The notes: generated from the letters alone by a model not told the origin. Shown: positions 22,513-34,509, counted from the stretch's first letter. The stretch: DNA of 41,111 bases from Octopus bimaculoides (GCF_001194135.2 NC_068988.1:27226120-27267230); one strand, 5' to 3'. Numbers and translations are program-made.

Positions 22513-22589
22513 GACGTCACAGCTCTGTGGCTGTTGATAGACTAACAACTACCACCACCACCACTTCCTTCACTTCGACATTGACGTCA
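22498..22589 (-). promoter_or_regulatory. Candidate promoter: two CRE palindromes, ETS-like site, YY1-like motifs
   Basis: TGACGTCA at 22512-22519 and 22582-22589; CACTTCC at about 22562-22568; AATATGGCG (minus) at 22498-22506 and ATGGCG at 22507-22512; CpG-retaining context. Confidence 0.6.
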
Positions 22590-23164
22590 TCTTCGGCTAT
22601 TTCCGCAACACTAAAAAAAATTATTTCTTTTAATCAGTTTCGTTTAATTATTTCACCTATTTTTATTTTGGAAAAATTTTAAATAAAAAAATGTATTTTA
22701 CTGTTTATTTATGTATTACGAAAATATATTAAATACATTTTATACTATTATTCACTGTATTGAAGATGACGCATTATGTCGGTTCCAGTTCCGTTACAGA
22801 ATCATTAGTGTTATTTTTGTGTATGATGCATTTATTAGTCATAGTTCAATTTTTTTCTATCATTATATCTTCACACACACCTTTATATCAATAAATTTTC
22901 TCGGAATCCAAAACTGAAAATTGCTCTGATGACGAAGACTGTTGTGACCACAAAAGCTTACTCACCTGTAGAACATTTGCTAAGTTAGTGTTTATAAACT
23001 TGCAAAAGAACAAGAATTGTTCTTTCCATATGTACTTCTAAGTATTTTCCCCGAATTAAGAAGTTCCTGTTATTGAGATGAGGATGGTTTATTTTACTTA
23101 ACTCTTACATCATTTAGGAGAAAATTTAATTCCAAGTTCATGAACTAATAAATATTTCACCAAA

Positions 23165-23345
23165 TTATCATCATCATTTAGCGTCCATTTTCCATGCTAG
23201 CATGAGTTGGACGGTTTGACTAGAACTGGGGAACCGGAGAGGTGAACCAGGCTCAGGTCTATTTTGGTTTGGATTCTATGGCTTGGATACCCTTCCTAAT
23301 GCCAGCCACTCCACAGAGTCACCAGCATGGATGCCTTTTCATGTA
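23165..23345 (-). mobile_element. RTE-type 3' tail
   Basis: Reverse complement of the same tail motif with (CAT)n. Confidence 0.7.
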
Positions 23346-24029
23346 TCACTGGCACAGGTAACTTTTAATCACCAGCACTTAGCTTGATGTACTTTCTCAA
23401 GCTCAACAAATCACCAAAAGTCTTGCTCATTTGTCATCACCTCCATAGACATGTTCGTTAAAATAGCTTTAAAATACTGTAATTATATAACTGAAGTACA
23501 AGCATGTTGGCTTCAGGTTCTTGAAATAATGTCAAAAGGTCATGATTTGCAACCCATCAAATCTGTAGTTTCATAGCAATTTTAATGTAAAAAAATAAAC
23601 AGCGAGTTAAATTCAACTGTATAGGTCAGCAAATAGGATACCAGCTGTTGGGTATATTTGACCCTATAGGTAGAGTATTGATACTCATTGACAAGAATGA
23701 AACAAATCCACAGTGAAAGTGTGTAAGAGTAATTAAAAACATTAGCTCTTGTTTAATTAGTAGATCTTTAGCTGGTCTCATTTTAGATTCGTTGTTTCTA
23801 CATATTACTGTTAATAGTTTTATGATTCCAAGGAGAGCATCTAACAACTGCTTGTCTATCTCTAAAGCAAGCATGAGCAATCTTTTCTGAGAAACAGGCC
23901 ATATAAGACTTGGCTTATCATCAGGCAGATCACACCACTAAATCCACTCAAAGTAAGGATGCTGTTCAGAACATCCCAAGGGCTGCAGTTTGTCCATAAC
24001 TGCTTTAAACTTGCACTGTATTTATTTCT

Positions 24030-24315
24030 TGTGGCTTAGTGGTTAGGGTATTCAGTTCACAATTGTAAAGCCATGAGTTCAATTCCCAGCAGTACAGTGC
24101 ATCCTTGAACAAGATGCTTTATTTTATGTAGCTCCACTCCACCCAGCTGGCAAAAATTAGAAATACCTGTATTTCAAATGGCCTGCCTTGCCACTTTCTG
24201 TGTCATGCTGAATCTCCTTGAGAACTACAACTTGCATGTTAATCTCACAAGCAGGCTGTTCCATTGATCGGATCAACTGAAACACTTGTCATCACAACTG
24301 ACAGAGTACCAGCTA
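24030..24315 (+). mobile_element. Old SINE related to the 993-1381 family
   Basis: tRNA-like head; shares GCAGGCTGTTCC.TTGATCGGATCAACTG with the 993-1381 element. Confidence 0.7.
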
Positions 24316-24764
24316 CAATCCATCTAAGCTTTCAAACAGTTTCTCTTCTACTTAGTTTCACTCATAACAATTGGATAAACCTAAGGTTACAGAAAGGCAT
24401 TCATCCAGAATTATACAGTAACATCAAATCTGGAGGGGGTACATAATTGCAAAGAAGTCATCTTAATCATTCGGCCACACAGGATTCATGTGTCTAAGAT
24501 TACATCGTCCAACATGCATCCTAACCAATCAGATGACAGTTTATTTCTCTGATGCCCTTACATACTAACTTCAAGCAATAATGCATTTTATGCTAAAACA
24601 TTGCAACAAGTCATTAGCATGTCCAAATATATGTTACAATATTTATTCTCGCTCACTGCAATCTTAATTTAAAACCCAATTGAAGCCAACTTTGCCTTTC
24701 ATTTTTTTAGGTCAATAAATAAGATAACAATGAAATTTTTCATCCCACTCTTCCTTCCATACTT

Positions 24765-24796
<32 letters not shown>

Positions 24797-24855
24797 ACTG
24801 TATCAGCTCAGAGAAAATGAAGGTGGGACTGAGATAAATAGTAATATGCTATGCT

Positions 24856-25075
24856 TAAGGTGGTGAGCTGGCAGGATCGTTAGCATGCCAGGCAAAATGC
24901 TTAGTAGCATTTTTTCTGATTTAACATTCTGAGTTCAATTACCACTAGGCTCAATTTTTGCCTTTCGTCCTTTCAGGGTTGATGAAGTAAGTACCAGTTG
25001 AACACTAGGGTCAATGTAATTGATTTACCCTCTGCCCCAAAATCACTGGCCTTGTGCCAGGATTTGAAACCAATT
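24856..25075 (+). mobile_element. SINE family B
   Basis: GGTGGTGAGCTGGCAG head, CCTTTC.TCCTTTC.GGG core, GGCCTTGTGCC tail. Confidence 0.8.
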
Positions 25076-25454
25076 TGCTGTACTTGAGAAGACTCATTCA
25101 ACTCAGTAGAAGTGAGGTTTTGTCAAACCTCCTTCTACAACTCATCTTCTAACATCCATACTTCCATCAATCTTTTATGTTACACTATTTCCATCCTTCG
25201 CTGCCCCCCCCCCCACTGAACTGATAGTCTCTGTCTCCAACTCATTCACTATCTCTTATCATCTGTCACACCATTCATATTCAGCACACTTACCTACACA
25301 TCCACCTTTCCTTCTCCTTTATCCTATTCTATCTCTCACAAATTCACATTGTACCTTGACCTCACACATCTCTCTCTCTCTCTCACTCACTCACTCTCTC
25401 TCTGTCATTCTCTCTCATTCTCCCTCTCTCTCTCATCCTCCCTCTTTCTCTCTC

Positions 25455-25985
25455 TTTCTTTCCAGAATACCAGAAAGGCGCACCATCACATCCTTGGCCA
25501 GCCATGTACGGTGCTTAAAAAAGAAAGAAACCCCATACCTAATTAAATGGAAGCTCCTTGAACAACCAGGGCTTATACAAACAGGATCAAACTATATAAG
25601 ATTTGCTTACCTGAGAGGGCCAGAATCCTAAAGCAAACTCATTTGACCCAGAGACCTTTTTAATCTCTAGGAAAGAGGTATTCAGTCAATGCCCACATCT
25701 AAAATGTTTCCTACTTCAGACTTGGAATTCCCCATTAACTGAATAGTCCCACCACAACTCCTTCGAATAGCCAGAGCCAATGGAAGAGGGATAACCTTGA
25801 CGGTTATTTTTTTTGTTTACAAGCTAACTGACCATTACATAGTTTTTCCTCCAATTCTAAAGAGGTTATGTGCCTTCAACCATTTGAGTCTGACGAGTTG
25901 TCTATACTGCTAAGCCATACTTACCTGTAGAACACTTGCTAAGATATTGTTTATTAACTATACAACACACAAAGCTCTAAATTAT
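25455..25985 (+). mobile_element. Penelope-like element relic: GIY-YIG endonuclease C-terminus plus probable pLTR
   Basis: TSLASHVRCLKKKETPYLIKWKLLEQ / AYTNRIKLYKICLPERARIL / FDPETFLISRKEVFSQCPHLKCFLL resembles the PLE C-terminal pattern T.LS..IW.LK...Y.IKW..C.LC..E..IL..LNSR.E..S.C.H. A CTGACGA motif follows at 25890. Confidence 0.7.
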
Positions 25986-26334
25986 AAATTTTTTATTTTC
26001 TCTTTTAGTCTGGAAAGAAAGTGGTAGGTGGGAGTGAAGGTTGAAGGTATTCTCAAACTAGGGTCGTACCACAAATGATTGCAACCCAGAGGATTCTACT
26101 AAAGACACTCAATGTATCAGGCAGTGGGATTTGAACTCAGAACTCAAAGAGTTAAAATAAGTGCCATAAAGCATCTGGTCTGATATTCTTTTTGTGTGTG
26201 TTTGTGTGTGTATATGTTTGTGTGTGTTGGTGAGCACCCTTGTCTATATAAGCATCATCATCATTCTACCAAAGTCTTTGATTTCCAATCTTCTTTGGAA
26301 ACAATATTTCTGGCCATGGAGAAATATCATCTTG

Positions 26335-26480
26335 GTTGGAAACTGGTGAGGGATGGTCATAGGAAGGGCATCCGATCATAGAAAATCCACTTCAATAAAT
26401 TCCATCTGACCCATGCAAGCAGGAAAACATGGATGTTAGATGATGATGACAATGATGATGATGATGATGATGATGATGAT
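26335..26480 (+). mobile_element. RTE-type tail with (GAT)n
   Basis: AGGAAGGGCATCC...CCCATGCAAGCAGGAAAACATGGATGTTA(GAT)n. Confidence 0.7.
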
Positions 26481-26544
26481 ATAACTTCTGTATGAATTTA
26501 ATTTAAAGAAAATATCATAAAACAGTATAAACTTGTTCCCAAAG

Positions 26545-26975
26545 GCACAGATGTGGCTATGTGGTAAGAAATTTGCTTCTTAACCACATTGTTCTGAGTT
26601 CAGTTTCACTGTGGGCAAGTCTCTTCTATTATAGCCTAGGGCCAACCAAAGCCTTGTGAGTAGATTTAATAGACAGAAACCGAAAGAAGGCCATTGTGTG
26701 TGTGTGTGTGCGTGCATGCATGTGTGTTTGTGTGTGTGTGTGTGCATGCATGCTTGTGTGTGAGCACTTGTGTCTTTGTGTCTGTATTTATCCCCAACTA
26801 CCACTTGACAACCAGTGTTGACGTGTTCCCATCCCCGTAACTTAGCAGATCATCAAAAGAGACTAGTAGAATAATTCATCAGGCTTTAAAAATAAAAAAA
26901 TTACTATACTAGGGTCAATTCATTCAAAGTGGTGCTCCAGCATGGCCACAATGTGTAATAAGTGAAACAAATTAC
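26545..26975 (+). mobile_element. SINE family A variant
   Basis: Same head, microsatellite and tail. Confidence 0.8.
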
Positions 26976-27582
26976 AGATAGAAGATAAAATGAGTTCTTA
27001 AATTTCATAAACAAAAATAATTTGGCTCAGAACAGAATTCAAACAAGAATGTTTTCAAAATTTAGTCAATCAACAATGACAGGTGCCTAGAACACCTTAT
27101 GACAGACATTATATAACTTACTGTTATAAACATTTCCCAAAAAATCAACAAATTAGGACTACAGAAAACTCTGGATAGGTTTTGACAATTTCCAAACTTA
27201 TTTATTCATAATACCTTTTAAAATTATCAACAAATTCAAGGACAGAGTTGTATTATTATATGAGTGGCAGAAAAATAAAACTGCCAAATACAAAATGGGT
27301 ATGTTTTAAGAAATGCATCTGGATTTCAAAAACAGCATAATGGACGTTTTGATTGGATGAAAAATTGTGATAAATAAAATGCAAAGTTGATAAGAGAGCT
27401 TCGTCATCATCATCATTATCATCATATATCTCTTGGCATATAAAACAAGCATTAATGTCATTAATGTATGTGTATAAATAATATCATATTATAAAATAAT
27501 GGCATAAAATTGTAGTTATAGTTTTATATTCAGGTCATAGTGGAGATAAAACACATGTATGTCAATAAGTATATTGTTCTTG

Positions 27583-27815
27583 ATGGTGGTGAGTTGGCAG
27601 AAACTTTAGCACACCGGGCAAAATGCTTAGCGGTATTTCGTTTGCTGTTATGTTCTGAGTTCAAATTCCACCGACATAGACTTTGCTTTTCATCCTTTCG
27701 GGGCCGATTAAATAAGTACCAGTTAGACACTGGGATTGATGTAATTGACTTAATCCCTTTGTCTGTCCTTGTTTGTCCCCTCTATGCTTAGTCCCTTGTG
27801 GGCAATAAAGAAATA
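27583..27815 (+). mobile_element. SINE family B
   Basis: Same head and core; CCCTTGTGGGCAATAAAG tail. Confidence 0.85.
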
Positions 27816-27819
27816 AATA

Positions 27820-28112
27820 AGTATATTCTTTTACTTGATTCAGTCATTTGACTGTAGCCATTCTGGAGCACCTCCTTTAGTCGAACAAATCAACCCCAGG
27901 ACTAATTCTTTGTAAGCCTAGTATTTATTCTATCAGTCCATTTTGCTGACCTACTAAGTTACAGAGACATAAACACACCAGCATCATTTGTCAAGCGATG
28001 TTGGGAGGACAAATCCCCTCACAAGGCTTTGGTCAGGCCCAAAGCTATAGTAGAAGACACTTGCCTAAGTTGCCACTCAGTGGGACTGAACCCAGAACCA
28101 TGTGGTTAGTGA
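27820..28112 (-). mobile_element. SINE family A
   Basis: Reverse complement of tail and head. Confidence 0.8.
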
Positions 28113-28964
28113 GCAAGCTACTTTATTTCATTTAATTGGCTATAAAAGCCGTGCATAGAGGTAGTAGCTGCAGGCTGGACAAAGACACAATAATGAGGGA
28201 ATGAAAGAAATGGTTGGTTGGTTGGAGAAACAAACAATGCCTGCTGATTATTGCATTCTCGAAAATGCTACTTACCACACAGTCATTCTGGCACCTTAAA
28301 ATACAGAAAGCATATTTGATATTTTAAGCTACCTTTGTTTTCTGAAATTTATTAATAGGATTATGTGGCTTGTATTCTTCACACAGAGCCGTCGTTTGAT
28401 GTCCCCTCGTCTGACCACAATGGACAGAAGGGAGTGTGGAATGCAGAACTATTTAGTTACTTCTGAAGTCCTAGGACCTACGAATGATTAGAATGGTCTG
28501 TTGCTAGGTTACTCACCTGCATGCAGGAAGGACTAGTTTTAACAAAACTGTCTTACCTCTGGAAATCACGGAATGGAACTAGATATAACGTGTTTGACCC
28601 AGAGATTGAACTCACACCTATTAACCCATTAGTGTACCCTCCAATTAACCAACGCTTATATCCACTCACCCATTCTCCTGTATGACAACGAGAATTGAAA
28701 ATTATGAGTTTTAAACCTAACTTGTTTCGTTTCTGTAAATGAGGATTAAAGTACCCGGTTTTATTCAAGATTCGTGTAGGCCGTATACGGTTTCTACTGA
28801 TTGTTCTGCTTGCGTTGGGAGGTCGGTGAACACACGCGAAAGAGCTGCCGTAGCAAATGTCTTAATTTTTGGATTGGATTATTTCAGGGGCGATAACTCG
28901 ATCATTATATTTTTAAAATAAGGCCCAGAACATTAATAAGTAATCATTCTTGGTTTCCTTTCTT

Positions 28965-28969
<5 letters not shown>

Positions 28970-29010
<41 letters not shown>

Positions 29011-29080
29011 ACTAGCTCTCCCCCTCCTCTCTCTCTCTCTCTCACTCACTCGCTCTCTCCCTCTTTCTCTCTCTCACTTG
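28970..29080. repeat. (CT)n microsatellite
   Basis: Direct reading of the sequence. Confidence 0.95.
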
Positions 29081-29173
29081 CCACCTCAAAAGAGTGTTAT
29101 TAATTATCTAAAAGATAAATAATAAGAAAACTTAAAAAGAAGAATTGTATCCCCCCCCCTCTCCTACTTCTAA

Positions 29174-29745
29174 CCCTTTAGCATTGAAACCAGCCATATC
29201 CAGCCCAAAATCTTCTACCTGTTTTATGCTCAAACTAACCAGATCTGGCCTCTCACCCCGACCTGACAATGTCATTCAAATCATAAACAATCACATCATA
29301 GAAATCTCAAAGCTACAAAATAATGCACGACTAATTCAAAAGAATATGAATGAACAGAGTACCCCCTTCAATCATGAATGACCATGGGATTGCACCTAGA
29401 AGCTTACCCTTCAAGGTACAAGTCTGAGCAAGATTGTTTATGGAAGACTAGTTGTCACCTATGCATACCAGCCTCCTCCTCTCCATGCCACCGGTGTTAT
29501 CCAAGGGAAAGACAGAGGCCGATACAGCTTGGCACCAGTGACGTCGCAACTCATTTTTACAGCTGCATGAACTGGGGCAATGTGAAATAAAGTGTCTTGC
29601 TCAAGAACACAACACACAGCCTGGTCTAGGAATCGAACTCACTATCACATGATTGTGGGCCCAACGCTCTAATCACTGAGCAATGTGACTTCACTATGAA
29701 GGAATATACAATAACATTTGACAGAGTAATATGAATGCTAAAGGG
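29174..29745 (+). mobile_element. piggyBac-type (TTAA) MITE with a nested SINE
   Basis: TIRs CCCTTTAGCATT / AATGCTAAAGGG, flanked by CTAA and TTAA. Confidence 0.75.
29372..29695 (-). mobile_element. tRNA-derived SINE nested in the MITE
   Basis: Minus-strand head CTCAGTGATTAGAGC...GAGTTCGATTCCTAGACC followed by GTGTTCTTGAGCAAGACACTT. Confidence 0.75.
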
Positions 29746-29874
29746 TTAAGGAACAATAATTACAAAGAGGTGAGGCTCTATCACTCTTTTTGTTTTGTTT
29801 TGTTTTTAACGTTGGATTGTGAAGCACTTAGAAACAAGGAGAGAATCTCTTTTGTTAAAAAAAAAATAAATAAA

Positions 29875-30530
29875 TTTTTCAACCCTATATTTATGAATTT
29901 TTAACATAATACTTGGATTTTTTTTTTTTTTTATGTTAAACCTTTTTCCATTACCCAATTAAATACGTTTATTGGAAGAAAAATATTAAACAACGAAATA
30001 CGGAAGATATCAGATGCTCGTGAGAAACAATAAATATCGTAAAAACAATAAAAAGCATTATCTCATATTCTCTTGAATTTTATAAATTTGTATGTCAACA
30101 TCACTAGAGAAATTTGATTTTCCTTCTTAATATCCAAAAAAGTACTTCAGCTTTGACTAGTAATTGAGTAGAGTCAGGGATAGGTCGCCCACACACGTTG
30201 GAATTTCTCTGTTTTGCACGATGGGGAGCAGTGTTTTAGTAAAAAAAATTTTCAGAAAATTATGAACCTTTTTCACCCCGACTACCACCACCAAACCGAT
30301 TTTGGTCGATTTTGTGAACACTATGCACTTCAAAGCGAGGAGAAGAACCTCTTCATTAAAATGAGAGAAAGAGAGAGAAATTTTTCAACCTCATATTTAT
30401 GAATTCTTATTAACATGATACATGGAATTTTTTTCTTGTTGTTAAACCATTTTCCATTACTCAATTAAATGTGCTTATGGAGAGAAAAATATTAAACAAT
30501 GAAACAAGGAAAGTATCAGATGTTCGTGAG
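29875..30530 (+). repeat. Diverged ~150-bp direct repeat pair (29875-30024 and 30380-30530)
   Basis: TTTTTCAACC..ATATTTATGAATT...TTCCATTAC.CAATTAAAT...AAAAATATTAAACAA.GAAA...TATCAGATG.TCGTGAG occurs twice. Confidence 0.8.
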
Positions 30531-31089
30531 TTGTGCTAAAAACAACAGCTAAATCGACCTTAACTTTTTCCATAGTGAAATCATATTTATGACTGTTTCT
30601 CACCATGGTATATGGATTTTTTTTTAAAAACTTTAGCTGAAAAATCATCCCCGTCAAAACGGAGAAATTCCAATTTATGTGGGTGACCTGTCTCTGACGT
30701 CCGCCAGTAATTGATCCTTTACCAGATCGAAATATATCTGAAGCGGAACTTGAATGCAGAAATAGGAATGACGAAATCTTAAGCAAAACTATGTCAAATA
30801 TTGATTTTGGCTGTCCTTGACAAGGGAGTTAACTCGGATCACAGTAATTTCCCTTGCATCTTGATTGCTTGTCTATTTTGTTTGATAAAAATAGTAATTG
30901 TATGATAACAATATAGCTCCAGACTATAAACATACCCTAATTTATCTTCAAGTTCTGACAGATATCATTTGTCGACTGAGATTGACAATATCTACCTTAA
31001 TACACCAGAATCAGTTCAATGAATTATATCAGTTTCCCACAGGAAAGGTGTGAAGATTGAGGTGCGAAGAGGCAGAAGATTGAAAAGAT

Positions 31090-31610
31090 TGGTGGGGGGG
31101 TGCATACTAAATTCCTGTCTTTCAAACCTTCACATATCCTCTACTGTAAAAGCCCATGTTTCACTGCTGTTTAGCATGGCTGTTTGCACACAGGCATTAT
31201 ACAATCCGCCTTTCACTCTGAGGGAAAGGCCCTTTATTACAAACAAAGGTAGAAGCTATCTGAACTTTGCCCAACTTATTCTTATTCTAGCAGTTCTGCT
31301 CTCAGAGCATCTACATCCACTACTGACTTGATAATGAAAGCTATCAACTACCTTTACGTATCCCCACCTCCACTGCTGACTTTTAGGTATCTGCACCGGC
31401 ATTTGACAGAGTCTATTTTCTGCGTTTATTGTACTTGTGCATCTGCCACACACAATGACCATTTTCCTTGTTAACCTTCCTCTAATATTGCTGCACCTCT
31501 TATGTGTCCCAAGCTTGTACCGTGTACACGTCATGGAGTTTCTACCTTCACCTTTTCTATATATCAAGCAGGACCACCAACTTGAAGGGATTTAGGATTT
31601 GTCTGCTTTC
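31090..31610 (-). pseudogene. RTE-clade LINE ORF2 fragment
   Basis: KVVDSFHY.QVSSG..SES.TARIRISWAKFR, LLPLFVIKGLSLRVKG.LYNACVQTAML.SSETWA and an upstream Cys-rich HKRCS..CGRC segment. Confidence 0.85.
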
Positions 31611-32054
31611 CTACTAAAACTTTAGCTAAATTAACTCTAAAGCCATAAAAGATAAAGCAAATTTCTGGGCACATTTACTGCAAAACATTAGGAGCAACAT
31701 TGGTAGGGAATTATTTATATGACCTACTTAGCTGTGACCTCATTAGCGGCAAGTGTGAGTTCTCTGAAAGCATAGTAGCCTGAGTAACAACAGGTTGGAA
31801 AAAATTAAAGGAACTACTAGCTCTGTGGGCAGCAAAGGGCTTCTTTCTTAGAGGAAAAAGGCAGATTGTGTATAAAGTGAGATGCTATATGATAGTGAGA
31901 CATGGACCTCAAATTTGGAGAAGTTTTGAAGGCTTGAAAGAAATATGGTGAGCATGCTTTGCTGGGCATGTAATATTGGTGTGCATGAACAATAGTATAG
32001 AAATGATCTGGGAGAAAAGACAGAAATTGTATGTAATATGCAAGATGCAATAGG

Positions 32055-32285
32055 GCAGTGAGCTGGCAGAATTGTTAGGATGCCAGGCAAAATGCCTAGC
32101 AGTATTTCGTCTGCTGTTACGTTCTGAGTTCAAATTCCGCCGAGGTTGACTTTGCCTTTCATCCTTTCGGGGTCAATTAAACAAGTACCAGTTACACACT
32201 GGGGTTAATGGAATCGACTTAATCCCTTTGTCTGTACTTGTTTGTCCCCTCTATGTTTAGCCCCCTGTGGGCAATAAAGAAATAA
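32055..32285 (+). mobile_element. SINE family B
   Basis: Same head, core and tail as 27583-27815. Confidence 0.85.
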
Positions 32286-32294
32286 ATATGCAAG

Positions 32295-32500
32295 AGAGAA
32301 CACACTGTGTTGAGACAGGTACATGATGTGTGTGTGGGTGACAAGAGCAGCAAAAACTTTCCAAGCATTTATAGTGGATGGTGCCTGTGGAAAAGAAAGA
32401 CTTAGAAAGACAGAGGAAGAAGTGAGGAAAACTAATCTCAAGATGCCAAACCTCACAAAAGTGATGTATGCCCAACACTGAGAGGGTGCTCTGGATGGTA
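32295..32500 (+). pseudogene. RTE ORF2 C-terminal fragment
   Basis: FIVDGACGKERLRKTEEEVRKTNLKMPNLTKVM resembles VEG.CGRGRPRKTW.EVV..DL..LT..M. Confidence 0.65.
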
Positions 32501-33289
32501 TTATCCCCTCATTATTCAATGGTGCATCCTCAGGCTTACAGTGATACACTTATTTTAAAACTTCACTTCAGCATTATTACAAATTAGTGCCCACCCAGAA
32601 TATACTGAAGCACCCACCCCCGGGCACCAAGGTCTGATAATGGGCCTAAAGTGATGGCAAGCATCCCTGACAATTAACAACATTCAGTACATGTGAGAAC
32701 CTGCATTCTCATATAAAAATGTCAGATGGGACACTAAAACAGATAGAAATGGGAATTTGGATTTTCTCATTGCATTCATTCCCCCCCCCCCACCTCACAA
32801 GCCTTTATGATTTATTTCTGCTTTTCTTTCTCTTGCTGAGTCTCTCTTCATGGCTTTTCCCCATTTGAACACCTTCTTATCACCCTCTCTCTCTGACCCC
32901 ACTCCACCTACCTGACATCCCTACCTCTCTTACTTCCACTAACCCTCTCTCCATAGCTTCTCTGGTTCCTTGTATCCCTCATCTCTATCTTCCACTCAGA
33001 TCCACCCGTATAACATGGGACAGAAATAGCTCCATCTCTACCCAACTCATCCCCATAATACTGACCACTTTCTCTATATCTCTTTCTCACTAACCCCTGA
33101 CACTAATCTTCCCCTTCCTTTTCCTCTTTTATTACTCCCCTATCCCCCACAACACCTTCATCTCTGTTCCCTTCTCCACTTTTACACTCACAACAATATA
33201 TTTTCCCGCCACACCCAACTTATTATGACTTCTCTCAAAACCACACCTAAAGTCTCTCTCCTATTATCTTGTCATATGTTGGAGTCACG

Positions 33290-33525
33290 TAACTGGCACC
33301 TGTGCAGGTGGCAGATACAAGCACCTGTGCCGGTGTCATGTAAAAAGCACCCACTACACTCTTGGAATGGTTAGCATTAAGAAGGGCATCCAGTTGGAGA
33401 AACCAAACCAAAACCAGACTGGAGCCTGGTAAAGCTCTCTAGCTTACCAGTTCCAGTCAAACCATTTAACGCACGCCAGCACGGAAAGCAGATGCTAAAT
33501 GATGATGATGGAGATGATGATGATG
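33290..33525 (+). mobile_element. RTE-type 3' tail
   Basis: GTAAAAAGCACCCACTACAC...AAGGGCATCCAG...GCCAGCACGGAAAGC...(GAT)n. Confidence 0.75.
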
Positions 33526-33574
33526 AGATCAAGATTTTTTTGGCAGTAATACTGCTTCTGTTGTTACTCTTTCA

Positions 33575-33794
33575 TTCATTTACTCTTTTACTTGTTTCAG
33601 TCATTTGACTGTGGCCATGCTGGGGCACCGCCTTTAGTCAAGCAAATCGACCCCAGGACTTATTCTTTGTAAGCCTAGTACTTATTCTATCGGTCTCTTT
33701 TGCTGAACCGCTAAGTTACGGGGACCTAAACACACCAGCATCTGTTGTCAAGCGATGTTAGGAGGACAAACACAGACACACAAATATACGCACG

Positions 33795-33849
<55 letters not shown>

Positions 33850-34010
33850 GACGGGCTTCTTTCAGTTTCCGTCTACCAAATCCACTCACAAGGCTTTGGT
33901 CAGCCTGAGGCTATAGTAGAAGACACTTACCCAAGGTGCAACGCAGTAGAACTGAACCCAGAACCATGTGGTTCGTAAGCAAGCTACTTACCACACAGCC
34001 ACTCCGACGC
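33575..34010 (-). mobile_element. SINE family A, full length
   Basis: Reverse complement with internal (TA)n. Confidence 0.9.
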
Positions 34011-34377
34011 CTGTTAATAATTATTTTTAATAAGCTCACTGGCCATTTGCAATACCTGTGCCTGAGATTCTATATATAGTAGACAGGAAATTCAGCTGTT
34101 GTCATGCCGCTGGACAGCTGTGACTGAAGAACACGTAGCAGGGTGAAATCTTGTGATCTTATAGTTCCTATGGCCATAGCAGATGATTCTTGTTTGTCAA
34201 TGATATAATTACATGTGCTTCTTTGCACCACAAACCCTTATGAGGGAATCCTCTCAGAGTAAATAATGCAGTATTCTGTGTTCTAACACAATCTCCACAT
34301 TAAGCTGGAGATCAGGAGACCGAGATTACCCTTTGCTATTAATACTACTGGTGTCACTATAAATTATATGGACAGAT

Positions 34378-34509
34378 AGATACATACATACATACATACA
34401 TACATACATACATACATACATACATACATGCATACATGCATACATACATACATACATACATACATACATGCATACATACATGCATACATACATACATACA
34501 TATGTGTAA

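Noticed and set aside
22950-22990. CACTAAC…CTACAG|GTGAGT (and 25924 CTACAG|GTAAGT) as recursive splice sites
   Set aside because: Both are better explained as the antisense of a repeated Penelope pLTR/hammerhead motif, and both lie upstream of the likely TSS.
28855-28880. AATTTTTGG Sm-site-like motif suggesting an snRNA or SL RNA
   Set aside because: No similarity to U1, U2, U4, U5, U11, U12 or U4atac sequences as I know them, and no flanking hairpins evident.
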